DNA from: the human T2T-CHM13v2.0 reference genome, Homo sapiens
Direction: 5' to 3' (one strand)
NCBI RefSeq assembly: GCF_009914755.1
Contig: NC_060947.1
Length of the DNA stretch: 64,000 bases
This document shows positions 12,040 to 25,329 of the stretch, piece after piece; the stretch's first letter is position 1, and each line of letters begins with the position of its first letter. A program made the position numbers and the translations under genes. The notes under the pieces were generated by a model, which did not search any database, had not been told where the DNA came from, and worked only from the letters and a program-made list of their open reading frames with translations.

Positions 12040-13240
12040 GTCTTACAGTATAATTGACTTTTTTGATGTACAGTTGTATGAATTTTAGCACATGAATAGA
12101 TTAGTATAATCACCACCGCAATCAGGAATTAGAGCAGTTACTTTCTTGCTATCCCCGCCCTCTTTGAACCACTGATCTGGTCTCAATTCCTATTGTTACA
12201 TCTTTCCTAGAAAAAATATGCATATATATGTATATATATTCTTTGATTTACATAAGTGATATCTACATATAAATGGAATATATTTATGTATATAAATGGA
12301 ATAATACAGTATGCAATACTTCAGGATTAACCTTTTTCACTCAGCGTAATTCTCTGGAGATTCATCTAAGTTGTTGTATGTGTCAATAGTTTACTATTTG
12401 TTATTGCTGAGTAGTATTCCATGGTATGAATGTACCACATTTTGTACAACTTTTCACTGTTAAAGGGAATTTAGATTTTATCCAGTTATTAGCTCTTGTT
12501 AATAAAATTACTATGACTATCTGTATAGAGGCATTGATTGATTGAGACAGAGTCTCGCTCTGTCACTTAGGCTGGAGTTTAGTGGCACAATCTTGGCTAA
12601 CTGCAACCTCTGCCCCCAAGGTTCAAATGACTCTCATACATCAGCCTCCCGAGTAGCTGGGATTACAGGTGCCCACCACCACATTAAGCTAATTTTTGTA
12701 TTTTTAGCAGAGATAGGTTTTGCCATGTTAGCCAGGCTGGTCTCAAACTCCTGACCTCAAGTGATCCACCCACTGTGGCCTCCCAGTGTGCTGGGATTAC
12801 AGGTGCTGTGTAGAAGCTTTTGTGTGAACATCATTCACATTTCTCTTTGGTGGATACCTAGAACTAGGATTTCTGGATCATATAGTAAGGGGATATTTAA
12901 CTTTATAAGGAACTGCCAAACTTTTTTCCAGAGTGTCTGAACCATTTTACATTCCCATCAGCAAAGTGTGAGTGATTCAGTTGTTCCACATCCTTGCCAG
13001 CATTTGGTGTTATCACTGATTTTTAAAGGCCATTGTGACAGGTATGTAATGATATCTCATTGTAATTTTGATTTGCATTTTCCAAATGGCTAATAATGTT
13101 TAACATCTATCATATGTTTATTTGTCATTCTTATATCTTGTGTTGTGAAATGTCCGTTCAATTTTTTTTTGCCTATTTTTAATTGGGCTGTTTTTATTTT
13201 GTTAAAATTTAAGAGTTCTTTATGTATTTTGGATACAAGA
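12040..13240 (-). mobile_element. old L1M 3' end, antisense, with an Alu inserted
   Basis: 'gctgagtagtattccatggtatgaatgtaccaca' and 'accattttacattcccatcagcaa'. Confidence 0.8.
12533..12805 (-). mobile_element. Alu (S/J), antisense
   Basis: 'gagacagagtctcgctctgtc...gtgctgggattacaggtg', with degenerate flanking repeat ctgtatagaggc/ctgtgtagaagc. Confidence 0.92.
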
Positions 13241-13259
13241 GTGAAGCCTTGACTACTAT

Positions 13260-14280
13260 GGTCAGTCCAGGGCTCTCTGAGGAAATTATATTTAGGCTGA
13301 TATTTGAATGTAGCATAGAAATCAGCCATATTAAGAAAGTTACAGGACAGCTTCAACTGCAAGTGTAAATACCTTGAGACAGGAATGATCTCAATGTATT
13401 TAAGGAATAATAAGAAGACAGTGTGGCTGTAGCATACTGAGAATGATGAAGAATAATAAGAAATGAGTTTGTAGATATAAAGAATGATAAGTAAGATCAT
13501 GTAGAGTCTCGCAAGCCATGGTAGGGAATTTTTGTTTAGATTTACTCACAGTGAGGAGCTGTTGCAGAGATGTGGCATGGTTTACTTTGTATTTTAAAAG
13601 GTTACATTTGTTGTTATGTGAAGCATATGTTATGAGAGGAACAAGAGAGGTGGCTATTGTAGTTTTTCAGGTGCCAGAAGATAATAGCGCAGACTATGGT
13701 GGTAGCAGTGGAGATGGGTAGAAGTGGATAATATGAGATAGACTTTTCAGGTAGATCCCTCAGAATTTTGATGATGGATATGAGATGTGAGGAGTGATAA
13801 TAATCAAAGATAACTCTTGTGTTTTTGGCTTACATAACTGGTGGCACTATCTATTGAGATAAGGAAGACTGAAGAGGAGAAGGTTTGGGGGAAAATCAAA
13901 TATTTATTTTTAATATGTTGAGTCTGAGATAAAAATTAGACAAATGGAGGTGCCAAGAATGCAGTTGAATAAGTCTTGAACTCGATGGAGAGGTTGGAGA
14001 GAAGTTCATGTAAACAGAACAACATGACAAAAGATACAGAGCTGTGAAAGTATGAGGTATGCCCAGAGGTGAGCATGTAGTTAGGTTCGACCAGTATATA
14101 TTTTGCAGAACCAGAAAGAGTAAGAGATATGGCTGAAAAGGCAGGCCAGGGCTGAGTTAGAGAGTGCTTAGCTGATGGGGAAATTTTTGAAATTTATTAT
14201 TTGAATATTAGGGAGCCATTACAGGCCTTTGATAAAAGGTATGACATGAACAAAGAGAGATTTTGGAAAGATTAATATGG
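13260..14280 (-). mobile_element. L2 remnants, antisense
   Basis: Purine-rich L2 antisense motifs such as 'ggtggtagcagtggagatgggtagaagtgg' and 'atgttgagtctgagat'. Confidence 0.6.
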
Positions 14281-15760
14281 CATAGCCAAAACAATGTTAA
14301 AAAAGAACAACAAAGTTGGAGAACTCATACTTACTGGTTTCTAAACTTACTACAAAGCATAGAATTCAAGATTGTGTGGCATTGGCATAAGGATAGACAG
14401 ATAGATCAATAGAATAGAATTGAAGATCCAGAAATAAACCCTCTAATTTTTGGTCAATTGATTTTCAACAAAAGTGCCAAGACCTTTCAATGGAAAAAAA
14501 TAGTCTTTTCAATAAATTGTGCTGAGGCAATTGGATATCCACATGCAAAACTATGAAGTTGGACCTCTAACTCACAACATACAGAAAAATCAACTCAAAA
14601 TGGGTCAAAGACCTAAATATAAAAGCTAAAGCTATAAAACTTTTAGAAGAAAACAAAGGAGCAAACCTTCATAACCTTGGATTAGGCAATGGTTTCTTAT
14701 ATACAACACTAAAAGCACAAGTGAACAAATAAATTGAAATACCTTAAAATTTGAAATATGCTTTAAAGGACACCATAAAAAAGTGAAAAGACAATCCACA
14801 GGATGTGAAACAATTTGACAATCATATATCTGATAAGGGACTTGTATCCAGAATCCATAAGGAACTATTGCTTGATGTCATTGTTATTTGACAATGCTAT
14901 TATCAAAAAACCCATAACCCAATTTAAAATGGGCAAAGGATTTGAATAAACATTGCTCCCAAGAAGATGTTAAAATGGATATTAAGCACAAGAGAAGATT
15001 CTCAACATGGTTAACCGTCAGAGAAATGGAAATCAAAACTATAGTGAGATAACACTTTTCACATGCTAGGATAACTAAAATAAAAGATTTTTAAAAGCAG
15101 ACAATAACTAATTTTCATGCAGATGTTGAGAAATTGGAACCCTAATATGTTGCTGGTGAGAATGCAAAATGGTGCACGTGCTTTGGAAAGCAGTTTGGCA
15201 ATTCTTTAAGTGGTTAAACATAACATTACCATACAACTCAGGAATAAATGAAAACATATATCCACATAAAAACTTGTACACAAATGCTGATAGCAGCACT
15301 ATTCATAATAACTAAAAAGTGGAAATGACCCAAATGTTCATCAACTGAAGAATGAATGAATAAAATATGGTGTATCTATTCAATGGACTATTATTTGGCA
15401 ATAAACACAACTAAGTATTGATATGTGCTACAAAGGGGGTGGACAATGAAAACATATTAAATAAAAAAATTCAGTCACAAAATAAAATGTATGATATAAT
15501 TCAATATCTATGGAATGCCCCTAATGGACAAGTCTATAGAGACAGAAAGTGGAATATTGATTACCTTGGGTGGGGTGGGGCAGGAATGGATGGGTGGATT
15601 AGGGGATGAGGGCAGTACAGGAGTTTTTTTGGTGGTAATGAAATGGAAAATGAATCGTGGTGGTTACAAAGTTCTGGTAATATACTAAAAACATTGAATT
15701 GAACATTTTAAAAGGGTGAATTGTATGGCATGCAAATTACATCTCAATAAAGTTGTTAGA
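14281..15760 (+). mobile_element. old L1M (L1MB-like) ORF2 end and 3' UTR
   Basis: 'aaacttactacaaagc...ggcataaggatagaca', ending 'aattacatctcaataaagttgtt'. Confidence 0.85.
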
Positions 15761-15764
15761 AAAG

Positions 15765-16360
15765 ATTAATATAGCATTATTTGGAAGATGAATTGGAGGG
15801 GGCAAGGCTGGAGGCAGAGAAACATGTTAGGAAGCTTTGTAATGGTTGAGTTAAGAAAACAAGGGTCCAAACTAGGGCAAGAGTAATGATAATTGAAAGG
15901 AGAAGAGGATGGTTCTAAAATATAGGGTAGAGGTATAATCAATAAGACCTGCCATTTGGTTAGATGTTGAATTACGAAAGTGAAGAAGTAAAGATTAAAG
16001 TTTTGAGTCTGAGTAAGTAAAAGAGTGATAATGTTATTTCTAGATAGACACTGAGAGCACAGATTGGGAAACGGTGGTTTTTCAAAGGAGGGAGGTGAGT
16101 TCATACAATCTGTTTTCCTGGTGCTGTCAGGACAATCTTTAAAAGATATTCAGCATCTAATTGAATATTTGGAGTTGGAGCTTAGTAACAAGGGGAGTCT
16201 GGCTGGAACTAAGTATTTAAGAGTCATCGATGCACAGATCATAGTTGAAGTCAGAAAGGTGACTAAAGGTTCCAAGGAGAGAGTATGGAAAGAGAGAAGA
16301 GAACTGAGACAGAACTTTGTGCAAACAACTGCATTTAGGATATAGCAGCTGGAAAAAATA
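15765..16360 (-). mobile_element. L2 remnant, antisense (continues 13260-14280)
   Basis: The sequence 'agattaatat' occurs at both sides of the L1M (about 14270 and 15762), and L2-like purine-rich sequence continues. Confidence 0.55.
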
Positions 16361-16676
16361 AACCAAAGCAGAGCACCCCACCCCACCCCCGCCCCGCAAA
16401 GAAAAAGATGATATTAAAAGCAGAGAAAAAAAAGTAGCAAGGCTGCCTTACTAGAGGATTGGACCTGGGCCTTTGAGGATAGGGAAAGTAGAAAAGAAAG
16501 GTTGAGGGTGTCCCAGGAGGGAGAAGAGCAAGGTCACAAAAATAAAATGATGGAGGAATGATGAAGAAAGATCTTAAAGAAGATGGGATTCACTCACCAC
16601 TGCCTCTTGGGGAGACCTGGGAGTTGAGAGAAATTTCTGACCCGGTGCAACTGGAGGTTCCTTGTTACACTTCTAG

Positions 16677-16783
16677 GTGAGGTGGTCACTTATCAGTGGA
16701 ACATCCCAGAGAGGTCTGGCCCTGGGCCCAATGACTCTGCTTGTGTTTCCTGGATCTATTATTCTGCAGTGGATCCCATCAAG
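16677..16783 (+). CDS. HEPH: hephaestin coding exon (cupredoxin domain 5 region); earlier exons lie upstream of the window
   Basis: ttctag|GT...AAG|gtaaat, 107 bp. Encodes (G)[35 protein letters not shown], a ceruloplasmin-family sequence. Confidence 0.96.
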
Positions 16784-17069
16784 GTAAATACAAGATTGGC
16801 TACCTGGAGGTGGGTCAAACTCCCTGGCAAAAAGAAGCTATTAACCAGGTGTAGTAAGAAGCTTACTCCTGAGATTCTAGAGCCTAGAATTTGGGGAACA
16901 TTCTTCAAAAGCTGGACTTATTTTAATAGACAGGAGGAGGGACGAAGGGAATGGGTAGCACCAGATATTTGTCATGAAGATTTTCTTCCTTATCTTTTCA
17001 TTTTGGATCCTATAAAGCAACATGTTCTCATTATAAAAAAAACAAACACACAAACAAACAAAAAACACA

Positions 17070-17560
17070 AAAGAAACCTGGGATTGGTTGTACAGAGATT
17101 GAGGTTCTAGTCCCAAATTTGGTTATAGCATGCTTTTAGAGTGACCTTAAATAAGTCATTCTGCCTCTGTTTTCTCATCTGGAAAATGGATTTATCGATC
17201 TAGCCATCCATCTACAGCCAGCCATTAGTAATCATTTATTGAGTGCCTACCACATTTTAGGCATTTTACTTGGTGCTTTGGATGATATAAATTTAAGATA
17301 CATTTCCCACCTTCAAAGAGTATGGTCTAGTTGAGCAAGAGGGAACCTGGAGAAGGCATCACAATGGGAGGTGCATGTACTCTGGGCCTTGAAAGCTGAG
17401 TCACATTATGCCATCAGATAAGGGATATGATGATGGAGAGGGCATTGCAGGCAGAGGAAACAGCACAAAAAAACACTAGGTTGTAAAAATGCTTGGTAGG
17501 CTAAGAGATCAATAAATAGTTTAGCCTAGATAAAGCATAGGTCAGATAGTGCATCTTAAC
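17070..17560. mobile_element. MIR plus L2 remnants
   Basis: MIR core 'gtgaccttaaataagtcatt...ctctgttttctcatctggaaaatgg' and L2 tail 'catttattgagtgcctac'. Confidence 0.65.
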
Positions 17561-17745
17561 TGAGTCCCAAGATAATTGTTAGAATGAATTCAAATAACAT
17601 AGTGGGGTACTTATAAATGTAAGATATCATGAGGAAATGCTGAGAGGCACAGTGGGCTTGTATGAGAAGCTGGCTCCCTGCGGAGTACTGCTACCCAGAA
17701 ACAACTCCATCTCTTTCTCTCTCTCCCACTTCCTCCCTTCCTCAG

Positions 17746-17971
17746 GACATGTATAGTGGCCTGGTGGGGCCCTTGGCTATCTGCCAAAAGGGCATCCTGG
17801 AGCCCCATGGAGGACGGAGTGACATGGATCGGGAATTTGCATTGTTGTTCTTGATTTTTGATGAAAATAAGTCTTGGTATTTGGAGGAAAATGTGGCAAC
17901 CCATGGGTCCCAGGATCCAGGCAGTATTAACCTACAGGATGAAACTTTCTTGGAGAGCAATAAAATGCATG
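17746..17971 (+). CDS. HEPH: hephaestin coding exon (domain 5/6 junction)
   Basis: Long pyrimidine tract then ctcag|GAC...CATG|gtcagt, 226 bp. Encodes DMYSGLVGPLAICQKG...REFALLFLIFDENKSWYLEEN...ESNKMH, and its phase matches both neighbours. Confidence 0.97.
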
Positions 17972-19602
17972 GTCAGTAGTAAAAAACCTACTCTTGTTCC
18001 AAAGCAGTCCCTACTGGTTACATGGGGATATTTAATAGGCCTATTGCTACCTAAGGGAACATAATCCCAGAGAGGACACGAACATGGGAAGGTGAAATGG
18101 GGATGAGTTAGAAGAAGCATTTCCTATTATTGTACATTTACATATACAAAGGCAGATATGTGGTCCAGGTTAGATTGGGTGCCCAGAAAGCAGGAAGTTG
18201 ACTCTGTAAATTGCCATGGCGATACCAGAAAATTTTAACATATTAGAGAAGGCAAAATGGACATGTATGACCTTCAATGTACTTGTCAAGCTGGCTGCTT
18301 AGTGCCCCTCTATTTTAAAACCCTGAGTTTAGTCTGCCAATATCATCTTATTTATTTACCACTCTAAATTTGGGATCTGTTTTCTCAATGGATTCCAATA
18401 CAGCCAGATGAAAGCTTGTATTTTAGTCTCTTTTTAAAAGAGTTTCAATTTATAGATGGAAGAATTGAAGAGATCCTCAGTGAGAAGCATACTGGATTTA
18501 TGTCAGATACAAGGAAGAACTTTTTGGTACTTGAATGGATTTTGGAGAGAAATTGTGCATCAAAGCCTTCCTTTGTTTGAGAGATCTGTGTAGCTTTTCA
18601 AAAACAAGAGAAAGAGGGGAGAGCATAAGTGCAGTAGAATGAAGTGATCTCTCACTATTCCTTCTAGCCCAAGATTTCTTTGATCTGAGAATGAGGAGCA
18701 TCTTTGATAGTGATTCTAATGGAACTAAAAAGTCGTATATTATTATCCCACAGATTTTAGCTATTTCACCTTGATGGAGTGATGAATGATTCACATTAGA
18801 ACAGATGATTCACAGACTTCACAAGGCAGAAATTTTAGCGCCTGTCAAATCAGAGAAATGGTCCAGGATAAAAAGGGAAAGAGGACACAGTTAGGTCCTG
18901 TTAATGCAGGGGTTTGGCTAATGCTTACTTTCTTCTGTTTGTTTATGTGTCTATCCACACTCTTCAGGTATAAGTCTACCTACCTATCGATCGAGCAGGT
19001 ATTTGTTAAGCAGTTTCTGAGTGCTAGCCCTGGAGATATTTGCATCTGAGGGGTAAATAAATAACATCCCTCTCTTCCTTTTCAGGTTCCTGAACCAACT
19101 GAGAAAGAGAGATGCTTAAGATCAAATGTGAACCTTAATACTAAGAAGGCTAATTGAAAAACTGATTTCAGTTCTACAACTAAATGGGCTTACTAACACT
19201 TCTCTGGCAACAGATAGACATTTCCACCTTGTCATTGACATAGATGGGCAGCAATACTCACCTCTTTGGCAGAGGGAGAATCATACCCCACAGTGAAATA
19301 ATGAATCGGCTATTGCCCATTTCTGTGGCCTGATTGATGAGGGAGAGAAAAGATCAATAAGAGGCTGAGTTGATCATGTTTAGTTTCCTCTCTGAAATCC
19401 ACAATTTGGTAGAGGTAGACATAGAGACAGATTATAAATGATTGCTTCCTCTCTTGGGTGATAAAGTGGAAATTATCTTCTCTCTGTAAGAACATAAGAA
19501 GTGGGGGAAAATTGTCCAGGGAAAAGTCCTGGAAGTGTGAATTATTGTAACAATGAGTAGTTTGATGTCCTTGGAGCATAGGATGTGGCCTGGGAAGAGA
19601 CC

Positions 19603-19678
19603 CATGCATTAATATCATTATTAATTCCATGCATTAATATCATTATTAATTCTATGCATTAATGTTATTAATTCCATG
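19603..19678. repeat. 25-bp AT-rich tandem repeat, about 3 copies
   Basis: CATGCATTAATATCATTATTAATTC at 19603 and 19628 (identical), with a shorter third copy at 19653. Confidence 0.9.
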
Positions 19679-19694
19679 AATGTGGCAGGTATTT

Positions 19695-20435
19695 TTTTAA
19701 CATTTATTGTAGGCTCAGCTGTCTACTGGGTGTTCTGAGAAAATACAAGGAAGCTATAGTAATGCAGTGTATACATACATTCTTTCCTGCATATTAGGAA
19801 CCTATAGTCTAATTGGGGATGTAAGCTTTCACGCATGAAAAGACAGGTAAATGTAGAAGACAATTTCTTATGAGTTTCAGTGAGTCATGCAGACAGTACT
19901 GGAGGAGTTCACAGGTGGAAGGGGATGCAGGGAATGAGAGTTATGGAGAGGAACTAGGAGATCAGGAAAGTCTTTCTGGGGGAGTGAAGATTTGACTGGA
20001 CTTTAAAAAATGGGTAAAAGAAGGCAGGATTTCTAGTAGGGAATCTTAGAAACACAAGGACACAAAGAACATGCATGGACCATTTGAGGGATGGTGAAGA
20101 AATCACCCCAACTGGAATAAATGTGTTGGGTAGTGGGAGATGAATCTAGGAAGGTGGTTTGGAGTTATATTTTGAAGGATCTTGTTGGGTGAAGTAAGGA
20201 TCCATGGACTTGCTCTTTGGAGCAGGAGAGAGTAATTAAAATATTTTAAGCAGCAGAATGATGTCATCAGATTCAGTCACTTAGAGAGATAATTTTGATA
20301 ATATCAATGTAAGAAGATACCTTGAAGAGGGACAGATGGAAAAAAGATGAGACAAATTAGAAGCCCATTGCTATCTTCGGTAAAAAAGATTAGGCCTAGG
20401 ATAGTGGAAATGGGAAGTCCAAAGGAGAGATGTAA
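19695..20435 (-). mobile_element. L2 remnant, antisense
   Basis: Starts 'aacatttattg' and continues with L2-like purine-rich sequence. Confidence 0.55.
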
Positions 20436-20440
20436 GAAGC

Positions 20441-20475
20441 TTTTTCTTTTCTTTTCTTTTCTTTTCTTTTTTTTT
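20441..20475 (+). repeat. (CTTTT)n/poly-T tract forming the polypyrimidine tract of a HEPH acceptor
   Basis: Lies directly upstream of gacag at 20476-20480. Confidence 0.9.
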
Positions 20476-20480
20476 GACAG

Positions 20481-20620
20481 CAATCAATGGGAAACTCTAT
20501 GCCAACCTTAGGGGTCTTACCATGTACCAAGGAGAACGAGTGGCCTGGTACATGCTGGCCATGGGCCAAGATGTGGATCTACACACCATCCACTTTCATG
20601 CAGAGAGCTTCCTCTATCGG
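20481..20620 (+). CDS. HEPH: hephaestin coding exon (domain 6, HxxHxH copper ligands)
   Basis: gacag|CA...CGG|gtgagc, 140 bp. Encodes (A)INGKLYANLRGLTMYQGERVAWYMLAMGQDVDLHTIHFHAESFLYR. Not in the ORF track. Confidence 0.97.
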
Positions 20621-21284
20621 GTGAGCTGGAAAATGGGCTGAGTCCCTCAAGGATGATTAGAACAGTGGTTTAACAGCAATTGAGAAAAAAGGTAACAGTG
20701 TGGAACAGGTAACAATTAGTTAAAAGAGCAGAGGTCTAGTACATGGAGCACTGAGCTGGAAATTCTAGTCTGGCTGTATATCCTAGACTCAATAACTTCC
20801 CGCTAGGCCCTAGCTTTCCCTTCTGATGTGGAAGACAAAAAAGGCCCATTTATCAGTAAGGAGACTGAAGGAATCAATATCAAGTCTCAGTCAAGGACTT
20901 GAGACTCAATGAGCAGTGATTTTTAAGAACAAGGAATTTCAGAGTGGCATCTCAGAATTGCTGAAAGTCCTTAATCTATTATAAGAAGAGCTTCAACTTA
21001 GGGGGTACATGGAACAATATGTAGATTTTGAAAACAGTTTAGTCTTAGGTAAAGGAGGAAGAGTTGGGGGCATTGATACAGACTTCGAGATTTAGAAGTG
21101 CTGAAAAAGACAATGGCAAAGATAACTTTATTTGAATCAATTTCTAAAGGAAATATATGCCTCATTCATAGGGGTCAAAGCTTAAGCCAAATTCCCCATA
21201 TTTTAGCCTGCTGAAAATTATAAAGATACTTGTTTTGAACCTTCTAAAGTAACCTAGAAATTCTTTTTCTTTGGGACATTTTAA

Positions 21285-21591
<307 letters not shown>

Positions 21592-21741
21592 TAAAGTGGA
21601 CTTTTAAAACCACTCACTGGTCTAGGAACCTTGAAGTCTCAGCTCCCTAATGTGGACATCACAATTTTTTGGTTCCTGAAAGCTCTAAGATGATTTTTAT
21701 ACCCTTCACTTCCTCTCCCTCATTCCCAATCTCTCTTGCAG

Positions 21742-21904
21742 AATGGCGAGAACTACCGGGCAGATGTGGTGGATCTGTTCCCAGGGACTTTTGAGGTTGT
21801 GGAGATGGTGGCCAGCAACCCTGGGACATGGCTGATGCACTGCCATGTGACTGACCATGTCCATGCTGGCATGGAGACCCTCTTCACTGTTTTTTCTCGA
21901 ACAG
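21742..21904 (+). CDS. HEPH: hephaestin coding exon (domain 6, HCHxxxHxxxxM copper motif)
   Basis: ttgcag|AAT...ACAG|gtaagt, 163 bp. Encodes [54 protein letters not shown], the multicopper oxidase signature. Confidence 0.98.
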
Positions 21905-22049
21905 GTAAGTCCTAACTTCCCCAAAATGATCATCTTCTAACACTTTATCTAGCCTATAGGAAGCAGGTAATACCAAAAAGCCTCTTGATTGTCTCCTTCT
22001 GATCCCACAATAAGCAGGTCTTAAGGCAGAGCATAGCCTCCCTCTAGGT

Positions 22050-22140
22050 ATTGCCCCAACCAGTATTTCTAATCCTCCATTGCACCTGTCCCTCCATTGC
22101 CCCAACTGATATTTCTAATCCCCTGACACCTGTCCCTCTC
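22050..22140. repeat. imperfect 46-bp tandem duplication
   Basis: 'attgccccaac...tatttctaatcc...cacctgtccctc' at 22050 and 22096. Confidence 0.8.
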
Positions 22141-22399
22141 CGAATTACTTCAAAACCTGTTGAGCTCACATGAATTGACCCAGCCTGAAACCGGTTTGGC
22201 TCTATGCATTGAAGCCTAGTGCAGGCCTGCTTCTTTTGAAATAAATTTAACTTATATACAAATGTATTACTTGACTTCATTAGAGTAACTGATTATTTCA
22301 AGGAATATTGCTGATTAGTCTTTCTAAAAAGAGAATAAAAATAATTCTAATAGTCACCCATTAAATTGATTTGTTCTATGGGGTTGTGAAAGGCAATTC

Positions 22400-22839
<440 letters not shown>

Positions 22840-23899
22840 AAGACAGTTCTTTTTGGTTTTTGAATATCTTCATCTAAGGCTAGAAAGAGAGATTGTCCTT
22901 CAGTTACAGCTTATCTGAGTTACTACCAAGGGTGGAAACAACTTTTTCTTTATATTTTATATGGAGAGGGAGCAACTGGGACAATTTCTTTACCAGCCAC
23001 TCTTTGTTCCTCACCAAAAAATGTAGATGGGTAGGCTGTGTTGGCTTTTGTGTCTTTGAGTAATTAAAGGGTCAAATGTCTTACTTCTTAAGGTTCTTGA
23101 CCTGAGTCCAATCCCCAACACTATTTGCCTTCCAAGAAGCCCTGTAGAGCCTTTTGGGACCCATACAAATCAAGGCTGTGTTTTTTTTTTTTTTTCTATG
23201 CTTTTAAAGAATATATAGCCACCATTTGAACAAAAATGGTTTTCTGGGGTTGTCAGTCATTGGCATTCTATCAACAAGAATAGTGAAGGGGAAAATGTCT
23301 TTGAATATTCATACAGACTTAGCAAATGTGGGTGGAGAATACAACTCTTCTGTTTACCCTTAGAGAGAGAGATGAATGATTGCACATTATGACTTCCTAT
23401 ATAATTTAAAATATTTATTCTCTATCAACTAATACTGCTAGAATGCAGCTTCCACTTAACTACTCAGGAGCTATTCCCTAGCACCCAGATTTACAGAAAC
23501 TTCTTTGTTGTGTTGTAAGTACATAGAACAAAAGTCAAGTGATCAATTGATACATCATCAGGTTGATATAGATCCAAGACAACAGGTTTTCTCTATATGT
23601 AGTAATGGGTTATCCCAAATATGAACCATCCAATATATGAGACCATTTCAATACATATTGCCAGGGTACTTCCATGAGGAAGGATAGCTCATATCTCTCT
23701 ATGACAATGAGCCAGCCCATAAATCTTTTCTATTTGCCCTTTTGTTTTTTTATAACCCGCTATGGCCTAATTTCATATTGTTTCAACTCCATGTGTGTTA
23801 ACAGGCCAACAGGAAGGAAGAGTTGAAAAGACAGAGGGAAAAGACTAATTTTTGGAACAAGGTTTCTGATAAGGCAGCAGGGAATGAGAATCAGAGCTA

Positions 23900-25000
23900 A
23901 CATGAAAGAGTAGTGCAAGAGTGGAGGAAAGTCATCTTTCTACTCTAAGAAGAAAGAAGACAGAAAATATAAGGATCAATGTGTAGGTTTGACCAGGGGG
24001 TTTGACAGACTGACAGATAATTTCAGCCTATGGTCTTTCTCTTCTCTCTGATGGAGCAAATAGAGTCATCTGCTGAGAATGAAAGGCAGGTTATAGGGTA
24101 CAGGGCTTGAGAAAAGTGGATGAAAGTTTGAAATAGCCACTCTGGGGGATGGGAAATAAATAATTATCACCAGCCAGCATTGAGGGCTTAGTTGAAATTG
24201 GACACAAAGGATAATAATCTTTACAATTGTGTTATTTTCTCTAACAGCAATTAAGCATACCAGACAAAATACAGGGTAATTACAGTTACTGGAGTTTTGG
24301 TAGATTATTGCAACACTCTTGGTAGATTAGTAGTTGAAGTGATAGACCTTGGAGTCTCACTTGGTCAGGAATGGAAGAAAAGACAGGATGAAGCTACTAG
24401 GTTGAGGAAAAAAACTGAAGGTTTTGAAAGCTAGAGGTCTCATGGCAGGGGAGGATAACAGGTTTTTGAAATAAAGTGTATTAGAGCACTGAAAGGATGG
24501 GAGGTTGTTGTTAGATTTTAGATTTCTGAGATGTAACAATTCTTGATAACAAGGTTAATGTGACCATGGGAGTGGTTGGTAGAATTGGAGTAGACATCAA
24601 AGTTATTGGAGTTAAAAGGGCTAGAAACTGTGAGGCTTGAGTATTTGATGAGTCAGCACCCATGGTTGGAATTGAGGGAGAGGAAGACTGAGCCAGGTAC
24701 TAAAGACTTCCATAAATGAAGAGAACTGCTAGCTAACAATAACAATAAATGATTGTAGTTCTAGCCAAATAATATGAGCCTCAAAAGAGATATGTTTTTA
24801 CAAAAAGAGGAGGAACAATGATCTCAAAGAAGTATTGAGATGATGTAAATGAAGTATGGTCCTCAGAGAAGAACTCAGCTTTATTAAATCAAGGAGAGGA
24901 AGAAGTGTTCTGAGAAGATGTTGAATGTGTAGAGAAGTAGGTTTCACAAGGAGCAGGGATTTCCTGAAGGAAGTGTGGCAAATGGTTGGAAATAGAGCAA
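23900..25000 (-). mobile_element. probable L2 internal remnant, antisense
   Basis: Long purine-rich degenerate sequence with L2-like motifs such as 'gactgagccaggtactaaagacttcc'. Confidence 0.4.
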
Positions 25001-25284
25001 TAATGGGGATAGAGGAAGTGCCAAGAAATATTTAAATAATAGCAGAGGGGTGATTTACATTTTGGACTCCAAGCCTGTTCTCTTGCCCATATTTCATGTC
25101 ACTGTTCAAAATCAAATCAACATACCAATATTGACTTGGACTATAAAGTAGTAAATTCTGCCTTTATTTTGCTTACTTAATCACAGAGAAATTTCTGCAA
25201 CCAATGTTGACCTTTCATAGGGGGCCTATGGATTGGTAGGAAGAACAATAAGGCTAACCTCTTGTCTTTTTTCCCCCCAACCAG

Positions 25285-25329
25285 AACACTTAAGCCCTCT
25301 CACCGTCATCACCAAAGAGACTGAAAAAG
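25285..25329 (+). CDS. HEPH: hephaestin 45-bp coding exon (juxtamembrane stalk)
   Basis: aaccag|AA...AAAG|gtacgt. Encodes (E)HLSPLTVITKETEK in phase 1-1 and joins both neighbours in frame. Confidence 0.92.

Noticed and set aside
16682-17110. 142-aa ORF as a stand-alone gene
   Set aside because: Only the part up to the donor at 16783 is HEPH. The rest is intron read-through. The same applies to the intronic parts of ORFs 17662-17979 and 28053-28313.
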